From Candidatus Shapirobacteria bacterium (GTDB lineage: Bacteria; Patescibacteriota; Microgenomatia; UBA12405; BS750m-G30), in contig JBDRHA010000011.1 in NCBI GenBank assembly GCA_043817235.1, positions 260,622 to 324,621 on the forward strand: a DNA stretch of 64,000 nt, read 5' to 3'. Positions 1-9,678 of this stretch are shown in pieces. The translations under genes were made by a program, and so were the position numbers. The stretch's first letter is position 1. Each line of letters opens with the position of its first letter. Below the pieces are notes generated by a model that was not told where the DNA came from, ran no database searches, and was given only the letters and a program-made list of their open reading frames with translations.

Positions 1-310
1 TAGGATTTATTTTTATTAGCCTTAAACACCATTCGGCCAGCCAACGCACTGCCTCGCCAATCCCCGTTGACAACCCACTAACTAAGCCTGATTTGTCTAA
101 GGGCAAAACGATTTTCACCGGCTTTGCTTGAGCGGAAGTAACAATTACTTGTCCTTGGTCATCCATTGTTGGCTTAGTAAGATAAAGGTCCTTTTTTTCA
201 ACCTTTTCAATCCAGCCTTCAATATTTTTGGGAACTTCCAGCTTTGGCTCGCTAGACCTTATTAATTGCTCACGGGAAGGAATTGGGCTAATTCTTTCTT
301 TGCTTTCCAT
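1..310 (-). CDS. Partial hypothetical protein. Start codon lies in the window and the 3' end runs off the left edge.
   Basis: Reverse-complement of 308-310 is ATG. The frame stays open to position 1 (MESKERISPIPSREQLIRSSEPKLEVPKNIEGWIEKVEKK...). The ORF track omits it because no stop codon falls in the window. Confidence 0.3.
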   Translation of the reverse strand, partial: MESKERISPIPSREQLIRSSEPKLEVPKNIEGWIEKVEKKDLYLTKPTMDDQGQVIVTSAQAKPVKIVLPLDKSGLVSGLSTGIGEAVRWLAEWCLRLIKINP

Positions 311-343
311 CTAGCTTTCAGTATAGCATCTTGAGCCAAAGTT

Positions 344-901
344 TCAATAAATCTCGCCTCTCTTTCTTTTCAAAAAAGAGCTCCATCCCTCCACAAAATC
401 CACTAAAGTCATAAAGGGCGTGTCAATTAATACGGCAAAAAACACCGAAACTACATTGTATTCTTTCCACTTATTAGAAAGCCATTGGCCAATTTTCGCC
501 ACCGGAATAGAAAGCATGTCAATAATAAATTCCCAAAAGCTGGTTTTTTCCTCAACTGTTAACTCGGTTGCCCGCTGTTTAATAACCAAAGCAGCAAAAA
601 CAATAACGGCAATGTTTAGCGTGTCCAAAAAGAGCGAGGTCGGGGGAATTCGGACGTAATAAAAAAGAGCAAAAATCAGGCCCAAAGAAAGCAGACTTCC
701 GAGCAAATAGAAAAAGTTAATAACCAAAGAGAAAATCACCCTTTTTGGGGGCCGGGCATTAATTTCAAAAGAATCTCCTCTTGCCGTGGGATAAACAATT
801 TTTAAAATTCCCTGAGTAACTTTATCTAAATTACTTTTAGATGGGGGCTTAATCAAAGCTACTAAAATAAACATTAACAAACTAGGAATAAGGATATCCA
901 C
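344..901 (-). CDS. Polytopic membrane protein, function unknown
   Basis: 185-aa ORF with several hydrophobic helices (LLMFILVALI, FSLVINFFYLLGSLLSLGLIFALFYYV, IAVIVFAALVI). No recognisable catalytic motif. Confidence 0.45.
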   Translation of the reverse strand: MDILIPSLLMFILVALIKPPSKSNLDKVTQGILKIVYPTARGDSFEINARPPKRVIFSLVINFFYLLGSLLSLGLIFALFYYVRIPPTSLFLDTLNIAVIVFAALVIKQRATELTVEEKTSFWEFIIDMLSIPVAKIGQWLSNKWKEYNVVSVFFAVLIDTPFMTLVDFVEGWSSFLKRKRGEIY

Positions 902-928
902 AATTACAGCAAGCAGGCTAAAATGGCC

Positions 929-2062
929 TTAAAAAAGCCGGGCTAAGGGGACCTCCACGATAAAAAGAGAAAAAGCGCCGGCTACAAAAATAGACAAAGT
1001 AGAATAAATAGCCGCCCGAAAAAGCCTTTTTTTTAAAGTAGATAGGCGCTGATTATAAGCTGTTTTAATTAGCTCTTTTAAATGATTTTTCTTTAAAAAA
1101 GCTAAAACTGGATCTTCGCCCTTTTTTAAAAGATCATCAAGAACATCACCTAAGATTAAATAAAGAGTATCCCAGTGTTCAGCCAGTTTGAAAAATTCAC
1201 CGGAAAGAGGGTGACTTAAATGAACCTCTGTTTGCTCCCAAAGAGAAAAAATATTACTGGTTACCTGCTCTACTATTTTCGCCGAAGCCTCAGGCCATTC
1301 GGGATAATAATAATTAAAAAGGCGAAAACTGATAAAGGCAGTATCCAGATGAAAAAGGGTGCGGTAAACAGCAATCATCACCTGAATATTTTTCTCGCTC
1401 TCGTCCATCGCTCCTTCGGGGATAACTTTAATCCGGCTAACCAAGGACTTGGCCATGAAATTCATCAAGGCCATTTGCTTTAAAGGAGGATCCAGCAGAT
1501 CCTCAATCTCACAAGCAGCAATTTCTAGGATCCAATTGTAAAAGTTAATTTTCTTTTTAAAGTTAGCAGGCACCTGGTTAGCTGACCAAGGCGCATTTTC
1601 TAAAATATAAATATACTTGCTCAAAGCCTTCTCCAGCTTAAGAATCCTGCTCTTGGGAATCTCGTCATTAGGAAGATGGCCGCCCCGTACTAGTTCCATT
1701 ACTAAGGGCTCGGCCATTTGTTTTGCTTCTAAACCAGAATTAATCTTAATCCCCGAAAGCTCGGAAATTAGTCTCCTTTTTAAGATGCGCTCAATCGCCG
1801 CCCTTCTTATCAAGTGCTCCTCTTTCCAATCTATTACTTGGCGTAGTCTTTCATAAAAACCGGCCAATTTAGAAGCCACCTCGTCTACGTGAACAGTCGC
1901 TCCGGATTGAGTTAAAGGATAATGAAAAGAAGCTTTGTACTTTTCCACCAGGTTTTCCACCGAAGGCGTTATTTCAGAATCGGTTTTAACAGCCAGGCTC
2001 TCTTCCTTTTTTTCCTTCTTTTTTGGTAAATTATTTTCAAAAAGAATTTTCGGGTCGGTCAT
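929..2062 (-). CDS. Hypothetical protein with a C-terminal transmembrane anchor
   Basis: The 408-aa track ORF overlaps comF by 58 nt. The internal Met (MTDPKILF...) at 2062 removes the overlap. The C-terminus is hydrophobic (IYSTLSIFVAGAFSLFIVEVPLA). No motif recognised. Confidence 0.45.
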   Translation of the reverse strand: MTDPKILFENNLPKKKEKKEESLAVKTDSEITPSVENLVEKYKASFHYPLTQSGATVHVDEVASKLAGFYERLRQVIDWKEEHLIRRAAIERILKRRLISELSGIKINSGLEAKQMAEPLVMELVRGGHLPNDEIPKSRILKLEKALSKYIYILENAPWSANQVPANFKKKINFYNWILEIAACEIEDLLDPPLKQMALMNFMAKSLVSRIKVIPEGAMDESEKNIQVMIAVYRTLFHLDTAFISFRLFNYYYPEWPEASAKIVEQVTSNIFSLWEQTEVHLSHPLSGEFFKLAEHWDTLYLILGDVLDDLLKKGEDPVLAFLKKNHLKELIKTAYNQRLSTLKKRLFRAAIYSTLSIFVAGAFSLFIVEVPLARLF

Positions 2063-2097
2063 TGCTTTTGCTATTCTAACACAAAGAGCGCTTTGAG

Positions 2098-2736
2098 CTA
2101 ACGGCAAAAAGTCAAACCCCAAACTTCTCCCGCTCCCTGATGCTTTAGCTGCCAAGCCGCTTCTTTTAAAGTAGCCCCGGTGGTATAAACGTCATCAAAA
2201 ATAATTAAATTAAAACCCTTAGCTTTTTTGCTGGCCCAAAATTGATGCCGAGCATTTGCCTGCCTTTCTTTTTGGTTCAGGCCCACCTGGGGGCGCTTAA
2301 ATTCGCTTCGGATCAATAATTTATCTTTATAGCTAAATCCCAATTTATCGGCTAAAATAAAAGAAATAAGAAAAGACTGGTCAAAGCCCCGCCATTTTCT
2401 TTTAATAAAATGCAAAGGCAAAGAAGTAAAAATAAATTTCTTTTTCCGCCAATAGCTAAGAAGCAATTTATTTTTTTGGACTTCGGCAAAAAGCAGATCA
2501 GCCAAGCAGTTTTGCAAATCACGAACCATTTCAAATTTATAAGTCTTAATTAAGTATTTAATCTCTTTTTGATAAGCAAAGGGACTAAACAAACCATCCA
2601 AAGATGACCTTTTTAGAAAAACGACTTGCTTTCTTTGGCGCGGAAGTCTTTTTTTGCATGAAGAACAAAGATACTTTTCTCCTTTTCCACAAAACAAACA
2701 TTGTTGGGGAAAAAGAATATTAGCCAAAAATTCCAC
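2098..2736 (-). CDS. comF: ComF-family protein (phosphoribosyltransferase-type competence protein)
   Basis: N-terminal zinc-finger pattern CLFCGKG...CSSCKK. C-terminal PRTase motif IIFDDVYTTGATL. The track ORF's first 12 codons overlap the tmRNA 3' end, so the start is placed at GTG 2736, 2 nt after the tmRNA. Confidence 0.75.
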   Translation of the reverse strand: MEFLANILFPQQCLFCGKGEKYLCSSCKKRLPRQRKQVVFLKRSSLDGLFSPFAYQKEIKYLIKTYKFEMVRDLQNCLADLLFAEVQKNKLLLSYWRKKKFIFTSLPLHFIKRKWRGFDQSFLISFILADKLGFSYKDKLLIRSEFKRPQVGLNQKERQANARHQFWASKKAKGFNLIIFDDVYTTGATLKEAAWQLKHQGAGEVWGLTFCR

Positions 2737-2738
2737 TT

Positions 2739-3077
2739 TGGTGGAGATGCCCCGGAGTGACCGGGGGTCCAAGAAAATACTTAAAAAGCGTCTACAGGTT
2801 TATTAAGTTCTTAGGCAATAAGTGCCAGCTTATTTTTTCTCCTTTTTGGGAATTAAGCCAGTCTTCCCAAAAAGCAAGTTCGGTCAAGTTGACACCTATC
2901 TGGCTTCCCCGAACAAAAAGCCAGAAGATGCGCTTTAGTTAGCTTTTTCAAGCATAAGCAAAAGCGGGCTGATTATATTCTTCAGCATATTTTTTTGGTC
3001 CTGTTTTACTTCGCAATTGAACCAACGAAGACCTGCAGCTTTTTAAAGTGCTTTCCCTGTCGAGTCTATTCATCCCC
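2739..3077 (-). ncRNA. ssrA: tmRNA (ssrA), transfer-messenger RNA
   Basis: Read on the minus strand, the 5' end is GGGGAUGAAUAGACUCGACAGGG. Compare the tmRNA 5' consensus GGGG.UGAUUC.GGAUUCGACGGG. The 3' end is ...GGACCCCCGGUCACUCCGGGGCAUCUCCACCA. That gives a T-stem CCCCG/CGGGG and a 7-bp acceptor GGGGAUG/CAUCUCC with the G3·U70 wobble (alanine identity), discriminator A, and an encoded CCA. An internal tag-like reading frame GCU GAA GAA UAU AAU CAG CCC GCU UUU GCU UAU GCU UGA gives AEEYNQPAFAYA*. It sits immediately downstream of smpB. Confidence 0.8.
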
Positions 3078-3504
3078 TCTTTAGAACATTTCTCATTTCT
3101 CTTTCTGCTTCTTCCCTGATCAGCTCTTTTTTTCTCTCGTGCTTTTTTTTAAGTCTCCCTATCCCTAGCTGAACTTTGATCCAACCATGCCTAGTATAGC
3201 AACTCAAAGGGATAATTGTCAATTTTTTCTTTTTCTGAGTCATCAGCCAAGAAATTTCTTTTTTCCCCAAAAGCAGTTTCCGCGTCTGGCCTGAATCATA
3301 GTCCGGCTGGTAAGCATAAGAGTAGGGAGCAATTACGGCGTTAACAAGAAAAACTTCCCCTTCCTGAATTTTTACATAAGCACCGCCCAGCTGAATTCCC
3401 CGGGTTTTCACTGATTTTACTTCTGCTCCAGACAAAATAATCCCTGCCTCTGCTTTATTAATAATCTGGTAAAGCCTTGCTTTGGGGTTAAGATAGCGCT
3501 TCAT
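3070..3504 (-). CDS. smpB: SsrA-binding protein SmpB
   Basis: 144 aa. Conserved SmpB blocks (KARLYQIINKAEAGIILSGAEVKSVK, GEVFLVNAVIAPYSY, RKLLLGKKEI, LTIIPLSCYTRHGWIKVQLGIGRLKKKHERK). Its last codons overlap the tmRNA 5' end. Confidence 0.9.
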   Translation of the reverse strand: MKRYLNPKARLYQIINKAEAGIILSGAEVKSVKTRGIQLGGAYVKIQEGEVFLVNAVIAPYSYAYQPDYDSGQTRKLLLGKKEISWLMTQKKKKLTIIPLSCYTRHGWIKVQLGIGRLKKKHERKKELIREEAEREMRNVLKRG

Positions 3505-4282
3505 TTAAATTAAGATCATAAACCTCACCTGAGGTAAGTAAAAACAGCCACTCTCCGTTTGGGCTTAAAACCAAATCTAAAACTGGATTAATTTCTAAAT
3601 TGACCTGGCCTTGCCAAGCTCCATTTTTATCCCAAATCAGAATCTGATTTTCTTTATTGAGCACCACCAGCCGCGATTCAGATAACCCTAAAAAAGAACT
3701 GGGCCTTAGAGGATTATTTTCCAAGCTAAAAGCCACTTCTCTTCCTTGAAAAAATTTCCTCACCTCTCCATTTTCCAACAAAATCCAAATACTGCCGTCA
3801 ATAGCCGCATCTTTTATTTTTTCCCAATCTAAAGATGGTTCTGCCGCAAACCAACTTTGTTGAGAAGAGTAGGTTTGGCCCAAGCCCACAATCTTTGCCA
3901 GCTCCTTTTTATTTTTATCCAAAATATAAAAATTATTACCCCAAAAAGAAAAAAAGGAATAATCGCTCCCTTCTCTTTCCACTATTCTTTTAGACTGAGC
4001 CTGACCATCCCAAAAAACAACTCCCCGATCGTCAGCTAAATAAAAGCGATTCTTGCTTTCCACCGTTAATTTTTTAGCATTTGCCAAAATTTCCCCGCCA
4101 GACAAAGTTTGACTGCGCTTGTTCAGATATTCAAACCGATAAACTTTTTGCACTCCCGGATCAAAAACAAAAAGTTCTTGGTCGCTAATCACCAGCTGCT
4201 CGCCTTTTGCCTCTTCCGCCAATAGGCTCAGTTTAAAAAACAATTCCGGCCTTATTTTTTCTCCCCCGCCCGAAAAAATCAC
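3488..4282 (-). CDS. Hypothetical protein, possibly a beta-propeller-like repeat protein
   Basis: 264 aa. Repetitive beta-strand-rich segments (WDGQ, WILLENGE, LIWDKNGAWQGQ). 4-nt overlap (ATGA) with the upstream gene suggests co-translation. Confidence 0.4.
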   Translation of the reverse strand: MIFSGGGEKIRPELFFKLSLLAEEAKGEQLVISDQELFVFDPGVQKVYRFEYLNKRSQTLSGGEILANAKKLTVESKNRFYLADDRGVVFWDGQAQSKRIVEREGSDYSFFSFWGNNFYILDKNKKELAKIVGLGQTYSSQQSWFAAEPSLDWEKIKDAAIDGSIWILLENGEVRKFFQGREVAFSLENNPLRPSSFLGLSESRLVVLNKENQILIWDKNGAWQGQVNLEINPVLDLVLSPNGEWLFLLTSGEVYDLNLNEALS

Positions 4283-5289
4283 CAGTTCCTTAGCTTCTTT
4301 TCTAAAGAGTCTAAAGAAGAATCTTGAAAATTATATTCTCTGGCTTGGTCTATAAGAGACTGGGCTTCTTTGGCCAAATTCAGTTTATCCTTCTCTTCCT
4401 CTAAAGGCAGGCCCTGCGCTGTTTTTAGCTTGCTTTGAATCTCCACTAAGGCGCCGGCATACGCTTTTTGCTTTTTTACCTCTTTATTGCGAAAAAAAGA
4501 AAAACCCAAAACTGCCAAAAAAAGACAAAGCAAACTAGTCCCCAGTGCTAATTTCAACTTAGAAGACAAAAGGGGGGCTTTTAATTTAAGCACTGGAGAC
4601 TTTCGTCGGGGTATTCTCAGAACTGTTTCCAGCTCTTTTACCGTTAGGCTTTCTTCTTTTGGTGAGTTCTCCACCTGCACTAAAGCCGCTCCCATTTGGC
4701 TCTGGTCTGGCCGAGCATGAACCAAAGGAGAAAGAACCTCCGCCGCAGACAAGGAATCTCTGTTTTGCAAGCAAGCCTTAATTGTTCCTTGGGGTATTTG
4801 ATTAAAAAAGCTATCAGTTCCTAAAATAAGCAAGTCTTCTTTCTCCATCCTGCCTGAAAGAACAGATGCCTTTTTTGGTTCTCCGGAAAGCAGAGATAAA
4901 AATTTTCCCGCTCTTAGTAAAAAAGTCTGCCCGGGTCCCCAAGTTCCTAAATATAATAAATCTTGCCAAAAAACAGCCAATTGCAAAGAAAGACCAATTC
5001 GCTCGGTTAAGTATATCGGCTGCTCTCTGCCTATTTTAACTAATACTTCTTTTAACCGATTCATGGGCGAACCTTCTAGGTTACCGTAATATTCTTCATA
5101 AGTTCGAGAAATTATCTCCCGGCCATAACCCGTAGCTGCTTCCTCCGAGGCATCTTTTAAAGAAAGAAGGAGAAGAAGCTGCCCCCGTTTTTCCTTTTTT
5201 TCTTTTTCCACACCGCTAAAATGATGAATCTGCACCCAGCCTTGATTGTCTGGAGTGCCAATAATTTCCTTAAAAACAATTTTCACCAC
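4279..5289 (-). CDS. Hypothetical membrane-anchored protein. The N-terminal domain weakly resembles a degenerate PP2C/SpoIIE-type fold.
   Basis: 336 aa. One TM helix (LGTSLLCLFLAVLGFSFF) followed by a C-terminal coiled coil. LILGTDSFF and ALVQVEN loosely recall PPM phosphatase motifs, but metal-binding residues are not evident. Confidence 0.4.
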   Translation of the reverse strand: MVKIVFKEIIGTPDNQGWVQIHHFSGVEKEKKEKRGQLLLLLSLKDASEEAATGYGREIISRTYEEYYGNLEGSPMNRLKEVLVKIGREQPIYLTERIGLSLQLAVFWQDLLYLGTWGPGQTFLLRAGKFLSLLSGEPKKASVLSGRMEKEDLLILGTDSFFNQIPQGTIKACLQNRDSLSAAEVLSPLVHARPDQSQMGAALVQVENSPKEESLTVKELETVLRIPRRKSPVLKLKAPLLSSKLKLALGTSLLCLFLAVLGFSFFRNKEVKKQKAYAGALVEIQSKLKTAQGLPLEEEKDKLNLAKEAQSLIDQAREYNFQDSSLDSLEKKLRNW

Positions 5290-5324
5290 TTAATTGTAAC
5301 ACTAGTGAGAAAAAAGAAGGAAGA

Positions 5325-5510
5325 CTAAAGAAGAAATATCGCTAATAAAAAAACCAAAAGACTTAAAAGCAGATGAAGATAGGCAAATCCTTTAATAATC
5401 CAGTTATGAGGGCTTTCAATCACCCGATCCATCATTAACACTTGGCGCAACAGAACCAAAGCAAAAATAATATACAGGCCCAAACAAAATAAGACAAAGA
5501 TCTTGGCCAC
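5325..5510 (-). CDS. Small hydrophobic protein (61 aa). Could be spurious.
   Basis: Two hydrophobic helices. No supporting motif. Confidence 0.2.
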   Translation of the reverse strand: MAKIFVLFCLGLYIIFALVLLRQVLMMDRVIESPHNWIIKGFAYLHLLLSLLVFLLAIFLL

Positions 5511-5541
5511 CAGCCAAAGAGAGAAGGGAAGGGTTATAATA

Positions 5542-6186
5542 TTAACTCAACCTCCCTTCCAGCTCTTCCTGCTTTTCTTCTAACCGCAGTCTTTGCAAAA
5601 TATTAACTACCAGGGCCGGCCGAGGCACGCTTTCAAATTCAAATTCGCCCACTTCAGCTGCCGTTTGAATAAAAATCGTGCCATAATTAAACATTGTGCC
5701 TAAAAATCCCCCCATTTTATAGGTAACATCCTGAATGTTAACAATTTCTGCATCTGATACCCGCTTATAAATCAGGCTCACAAAATCAATATCTATAATT
5801 CTTTCGTCCGTAATAATATTCACGGAAAAATACCAGGAAAAAAATTCTTCTAAAAAAAAGGCCAAAACGAATAAATACCACATTAAAACCAAAACAAGCC
5901 GAAACTGATCCGGCAGCCATTCATAAGGAGGAAGATAGGGCAGAAAAAGAGGGGCCACGAGCATCAAGGCAATAATCAAAATCCAGCGCAAATTGGTGAT
6001 CCAGTGGCGGCGCAACAGTAAAATTACTTTTTCCTCTACCAGCTGATTTTCAAAACTAAGGTATTTAGGCCGCGCAACAAAAGATTTAAAAAAATTAGTT
6101 TCTTTGCCAACTAGTCGATAAACTTCCTTCCGAACCTCTTTGAGTTTTTCCGAACGCTCGCTTTGGGCAGTATAAATATCAGCCAT
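5542..6186 (-). CDS. Bacterial PH-domain (YdbT/bPH_2-like) membrane protein
   Basis: LLLRRHW motif followed by two TM helices and a C-terminal beta-rich domain. This is the architecture of the bPH_2 family. Confidence 0.5.
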   Translation of the reverse strand: MADIYTAQSERSEKLKEVRKEVYRLVGKETNFFKSFVARPKYLSFENQLVEEKVILLLRRHWITNLRWILIIALMLVAPLFLPYLPPYEWLPDQFRLVLVLMWYLFVLAFFLEEFFSWYFSVNIITDERIIDIDFVSLIYKRVSDAEIVNIQDVTYKMGGFLGTMFNYGTIFIQTAAEVGEFEFESVPRPALVVNILQRLRLEEKQEELEGRLS

Positions 6187-8011
6187 TTTTAATTAAGGTG
6201 ACCAGCTCTTCTCCGGTCAAGGTTTCCTTTTCCACTAACTTTTGGGCGATTTTGTCTAGGTATTTTTTATTTTCTTTTACTATTTTCTGGGCTTGTTTAT
6301 AAGATAAATCAATAATCGCCTTAATTTCTTTATCAATTTGAGAGCGCATCTGAGAAGAAATCTCCTGATCGCTAAAATAAGAACGAAAAGAATCACCCTG
6401 TTCAAAGCTTGGGCCAAAATTAAGCGGCCCTAAACTGCTCATGCCATACTCCGTCACCATTTTTCGGCTGATTTTTGTTGCTTGTTCAATATCCGAAGCC
6501 GCACCGGTAGTCATTTCCGAAAACTGAAATTCCTCCGCAGCTCGGCCGCCCAAAAGAGTGGTAATCTGGGAAAGCAATCTTGTTTTAGTTTCCTGAAGCC
6601 GATCCTGCCGGGGCGAAATCAAGGTATAGCCCAAGGCTACCCCTCGAGAAACAATAGAAACCCGCTCAACCGGATCAATTTCCGGCACATAAAAGCTTAC
6701 TAAAGCATGGCCCGCTTCATGATAAGCAGTTATTTCTCTGTCTTTTTTGGACTGCAGTCTTTTTTTCTCCGGACCAAGCTTTACTTTTAAAGCTGCCTCT
6801 TCAATTTCTTCCAAGCCAATGGCTGTTTTTCGGCTGCGGGCAGTTAAAATTGCCGCCTCGTTGAGCATATTTTCTAAGTCTGCACCGGAAAAGCCAACCG
6901 TTCGGCGGGCAATTTTTTCCCAAGAAAGTCTTTTTATAAATGGCTTGCCGCTAGAATGAAGTTTTAAAATCGCTTTTCTCTCCTCCAGGTCTGGCAGAGT
7001 TAAAACTATTCGCCGGTCAAAGCGGCCAGGCCGCAATAAGGCCGGATCAAGCAAGTCACCGCGATTAGAAGCGGCAATAATCACTACTCTATCCGTTGGC
7101 TCAAAACCATCCATTTCCACTAAAATTTGGTTTAAAGTTTGCTCCCGCTCATCATGGGCCGGCATTGCCCCAGCACTTCGACTGCGGCCTATAGCATCAA
7201 GCTCGTCAATAAAAATAATAGCGGGCGCACTCTTTTTCGCTGTCAAAAAAAGATCTCGCACTCGGCTTGCCCCCACTCCCACCAAGATCTCCATAAATTC
7301 TGACCCGGCCATGGAAAAAAAAGGCACGTCAGCCTCCCCCGCCACTGCCCGCGCTAATAAAGTTTTACCTACTCCTGAGGGGCCAATCAGTAATACTCCC
7401 TTAGGTGTGCGAGCGCCAACCTTGCGATACTTTTCCGGATTTTTCAAAAAATCCACTACTTCCATCATTTCCTCTTTAGTCTCTTTTAAACCCGCCACAT
7501 CATTAAATTTAATATCCTGCCTGCCCTTTACAAAAAGCTTAGCCTTGGATTTTCCAAAAGAGAAAATACTGCTTTGAGCTCGACCCGCCTGTCTAAAAAT
7601 ATACCAAAATAAAAAGCCGGTAAAAGCCAAGGGCAAAAGCATGCCAAAAACATCCACCAAAACTTTTGTCCAATCCTGATTATTTACGCTCAAGTTAACG
7701 CTAAGAGGATCAATTCCGGCATCAGACAAAATTTGAGTAAAGCTAATATTTTCCTCTTTGGTAGTATAAATAATTTTATTCTCTTGCTTCAGCTCAAGCT
7801 CAATCCGATTATCAATTACCGTTAATTGTCCAACATCTCCTTGTTTAATTTTTTCCAAAGCCTGGGAAAGAGGAATCTGCTCAATAGAAGTGGTATTTAA
7901 ACTAGCCAATCCCAAGAACAAATAAAAAGCAAGGACTAAGCCTAAAAAAGCCTTGCCCAGGTTTCTTGCCGATAAAATCCTTTGCTTCTTCTTATTTTCT
8001 CTTTTGGCCAT
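6179..8011 (-). CDS. ftsH: ATP-dependent zinc metalloprotease FtsH
   Basis: Walker [19 protein letters not shown]. Walker [15 protein letters not shown] region. Zinc motif HEAGHAL. N-terminal TM helices. Start trimmed to MAKREN to limit overlap with the upstream gene. The track ORF runs to 8098. Confidence 0.95.
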   Translation of the reverse strand: MAKRENKKKQRILSARNLGKAFLGLVLAFYLFLGLASLNTTSIEQIPLSQALEKIKQGDVGQLTVIDNRIELELKQENKIIYTTKEENISFTQILSDAGIDPLSVNLSVNNQDWTKVLVDVFGMLLPLAFTGFLFWYIFRQAGRAQSSIFSFGKSKAKLFVKGRQDIKFNDVAGLKETKEEMMEVVDFLKNPEKYRKVGARTPKGVLLIGPSGVGKTLLARAVAGEADVPFFSMAGSEFMEILVGVGASRVRDLFLTAKKSAPAIIFIDELDAIGRSRSAGAMPAHDEREQTLNQILVEMDGFEPTDRVVIIAASNRGDLLDPALLRPGRFDRRIVLTLPDLEERKAILKLHSSGKPFIKRLSWEKIARRTVGFSGADLENMLNEAAILTARSRKTAIGLEEIEEAALKVKLGPEKKRLQSKKDREITAYHEAGHALVSFYVPEIDPVERVSIVSRGVALGYTLISPRQDRLQETKTRLLSQITTLLGGRAAEEFQFSEMTTGAASDIEQATKISRKMVTEYGMSSLGPLNFGPSFEQGDSFRSYFSDQEISSQMRSQIDKEIKAIIDLSYKQAQKIVKENKKYLDKIAQKLVEKETLTGEELVTLIKNG

Positions 8012-9275
8012 TAGCTTTATTATACCACGACGCATGTCTTTTTCGGTGGCCAAAAAGGTTTTTAAAGGAAAAAAGAAAATGAAGCAAACAAACCACAATT
8101 TCGGTACTCACTGTTACTCCGGCTGCTCCTAGGGCAGAATACCGGGGAATGGCCCACCAATTAAGGCTCAGGTTCCAAGCCAAGGAAAAAAGCCCGATTT
8201 TCAAGCTCACCCGCTGATAGCCTTGAGCAATTAATTGAAAGCCAAAGATATGGTTAAGGTAGGTAAAAGGCAAGGAGAATAAAAGAAGACGAAGCAAGAG
8301 TGAAGAAGCAGAAAAATCCGCTCCTCCCAGAAGGAAAATAACCAAAGGAGCAAATAAATAGCCCGCCAAAAGAATTAAGAAAGCAGACAAAAGCGCCCAG
8401 CTTATCCCTAGCCTAAAAGCCGCTTTTTGTTTTTTGCCCTCTTTTCGTTGAGAAAAAAGCGGAAACAGAGAGCGAGACAAAAAATAAATCGGTAAAATCA
8501 AATTGCTGTAAAGCTTATAGCTCAAGCCATAAATTCCCACCGCAGAAGAACCCCAATAATAGCGTAAAAAGGAAGTATCCACCAGTCGATCGTAGGCCGT
8601 GGATAAAAAAAGAAGAGCGCCGGCGGGAAGGCTTTCTTTTGCCAGCAATTTAAGTGTTTCTTTTTTCTTCAAGCTCCAGCCTAAAAAATATTTCTTTCCT
8701 TTAACAAAAAGGGTCAAAAAAGAAACTAAGCGGCTTCCAGCTAAAGCCCAAACTGCTCCGGGCAAGCCCAAGTTTTTCGCCAAAGCCAGAAATAAAAAAA
8801 GCAAAAATAATCCGGAATTCAAAACCTCAGCCAAGGTTTGCCAAAAAAAGCTCAACTGGGCCTGGAAAACAAGAGAAAAGCTAGTCTGAAAACTAGTAAA
8901 AACTAAAGCAGGAAGCAAAATAAAAGCAAGGACTTTCAGGTTAGAAAAAAGGGGCAGAATTATTATTGCTCCCCCCGCCAGAAGCAAGGCCAAAGCTAAA
9001 AAATAAGCTCTTAATATTGTTAAATTCGTAAAAACTAATTTGGCTTTTTCTTCTTTTTTTTGCCGGCAAATTTCTCTGACTCCAATATAAGGCGTTCCCC
9101 AGTCAGCCAGCGTTACCAAAAAGAGAAAAAAGGCCAGTAAAAAGCTATATTCTCCATAAGCAGCTACTCCCAGAAAACGAGTGAGCAAAGCCGTGGCAAT
9201 TAAACCAAAAAGAATAATTAAGCCTCGGCCAAAAAGCTGAACTGCCGTATTTTTAATAATTTCTTTTTTCATCAA
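7992..9275 (-). CDS. MOP-superfamily polysaccharide/lipid-II flippase-like protein (Wzx/MurJ-like)
   Basis: 427 aa with about 12 TM helices. N-terminal pattern (KNTAVQLFGRGLIILFGLIATALLTRFLG) typical of polysaccharide biosynthesis (PST) family proteins. Confidence 0.65.
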   Translation of the reverse strand: MMKKEIIKNTAVQLFGRGLIILFGLIATALLTRFLGVAAYGEYSFLLAFFLFLVTLADWGTPYIGVREICRQKKEEKAKLVFTNLTILRAYFLALALLLAGGAIIILPLFSNLKVLAFILLPALVFTSFQTSFSLVFQAQLSFFWQTLAEVLNSGLFLLFLFLALAKNLGLPGAVWALAGSRLVSFLTLFVKGKKYFLGWSLKKKETLKLLAKESLPAGALLFLSTAYDRLVDTSFLRYYWGSSAVGIYGLSYKLYSNLILPIYFLSRSLFPLFSQRKEGKKQKAAFRLGISWALLSAFLILLAGYLFAPLVIFLLGGADFSASSLLLRLLLFSLPFTYLNHIFGFQLIAQGYQRVSLKIGLFSLAWNLSLNWWAIPRYSALGAAGVTVSTEIVVCLLHFLFSFKNLFGHRKRHASWYNKANGQKRK

Positions 9276-9675
9276 TCGCCAAGTTGGCCAAATAGTCCGC
9301 CCGGCTATTTTTTTCCCGAGGGAGATGAAAGAAGCGGGCCTTTATTTCTAAAGAGGCAATTTTTCTTTTAATCTCGAAAATTAGGGGCTTTAAATTATTA
9401 GCTTTTATTTTCCAATTCCCGGAAAGCTGGTTTGCCAGCAGCTGGGAATCAAGATAAAATTCCACTTCCTCCTGGCTTAAACCCTGACAACCATCCAGCC
9501 AATTTAAAGCGAGCAAAACCGCTTCATACTCTGCCTCATTGTTAGTTTTCTTCCCTAAAAATTTTTTACCGGAAAAAATAATTTTTTGTTCGGCATTTTT
9601 AACAACAAACCCAGCGCCAGCCGGGCCTGGATTTCCCCTAGCCGCTCCATCGGTGAAAACGACTAGCTTGGCCAT
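9253..9675 (-). CDS. rnhA: Ribonuclease HI
   Basis: VFTDGAARGNPGPAGAGFV, NNEAEYEAVLLAL, and the C-terminal SRADYLAN catalytic region. Confidence 0.85.
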   Translation of the reverse strand: MAKLVVFTDGAARGNPGPAGAGFVVKNAEQKIIFSGKKFLGKKTNNEAEYEAVLLALNWLDGCQGLSQEEVEFYLDSQLLANQLSGNWKIKANNLKPLIFEIKRKIASLEIKARFFHLPREKNSRADYLANLAIDEKRNY

Positions 9676-9678
9676 TAT

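Noticed and set aside
2737-2772. N-terminal 12 codons of the 224-aa comF ORF (MDPRSLRGISTK)
   Set aside because: They overlap the tmRNA acceptor/T-arm. An in-frame GTG at 2736 gives a start 2 nt after the tmRNA 3' end.
2757-2942. 61-aa plus-strand ORF between comF and smpB
   Set aside because: It lies entirely antisense to the tmRNA gene (2739-3077) and has no motif. It is an artefact of the RNA gene.
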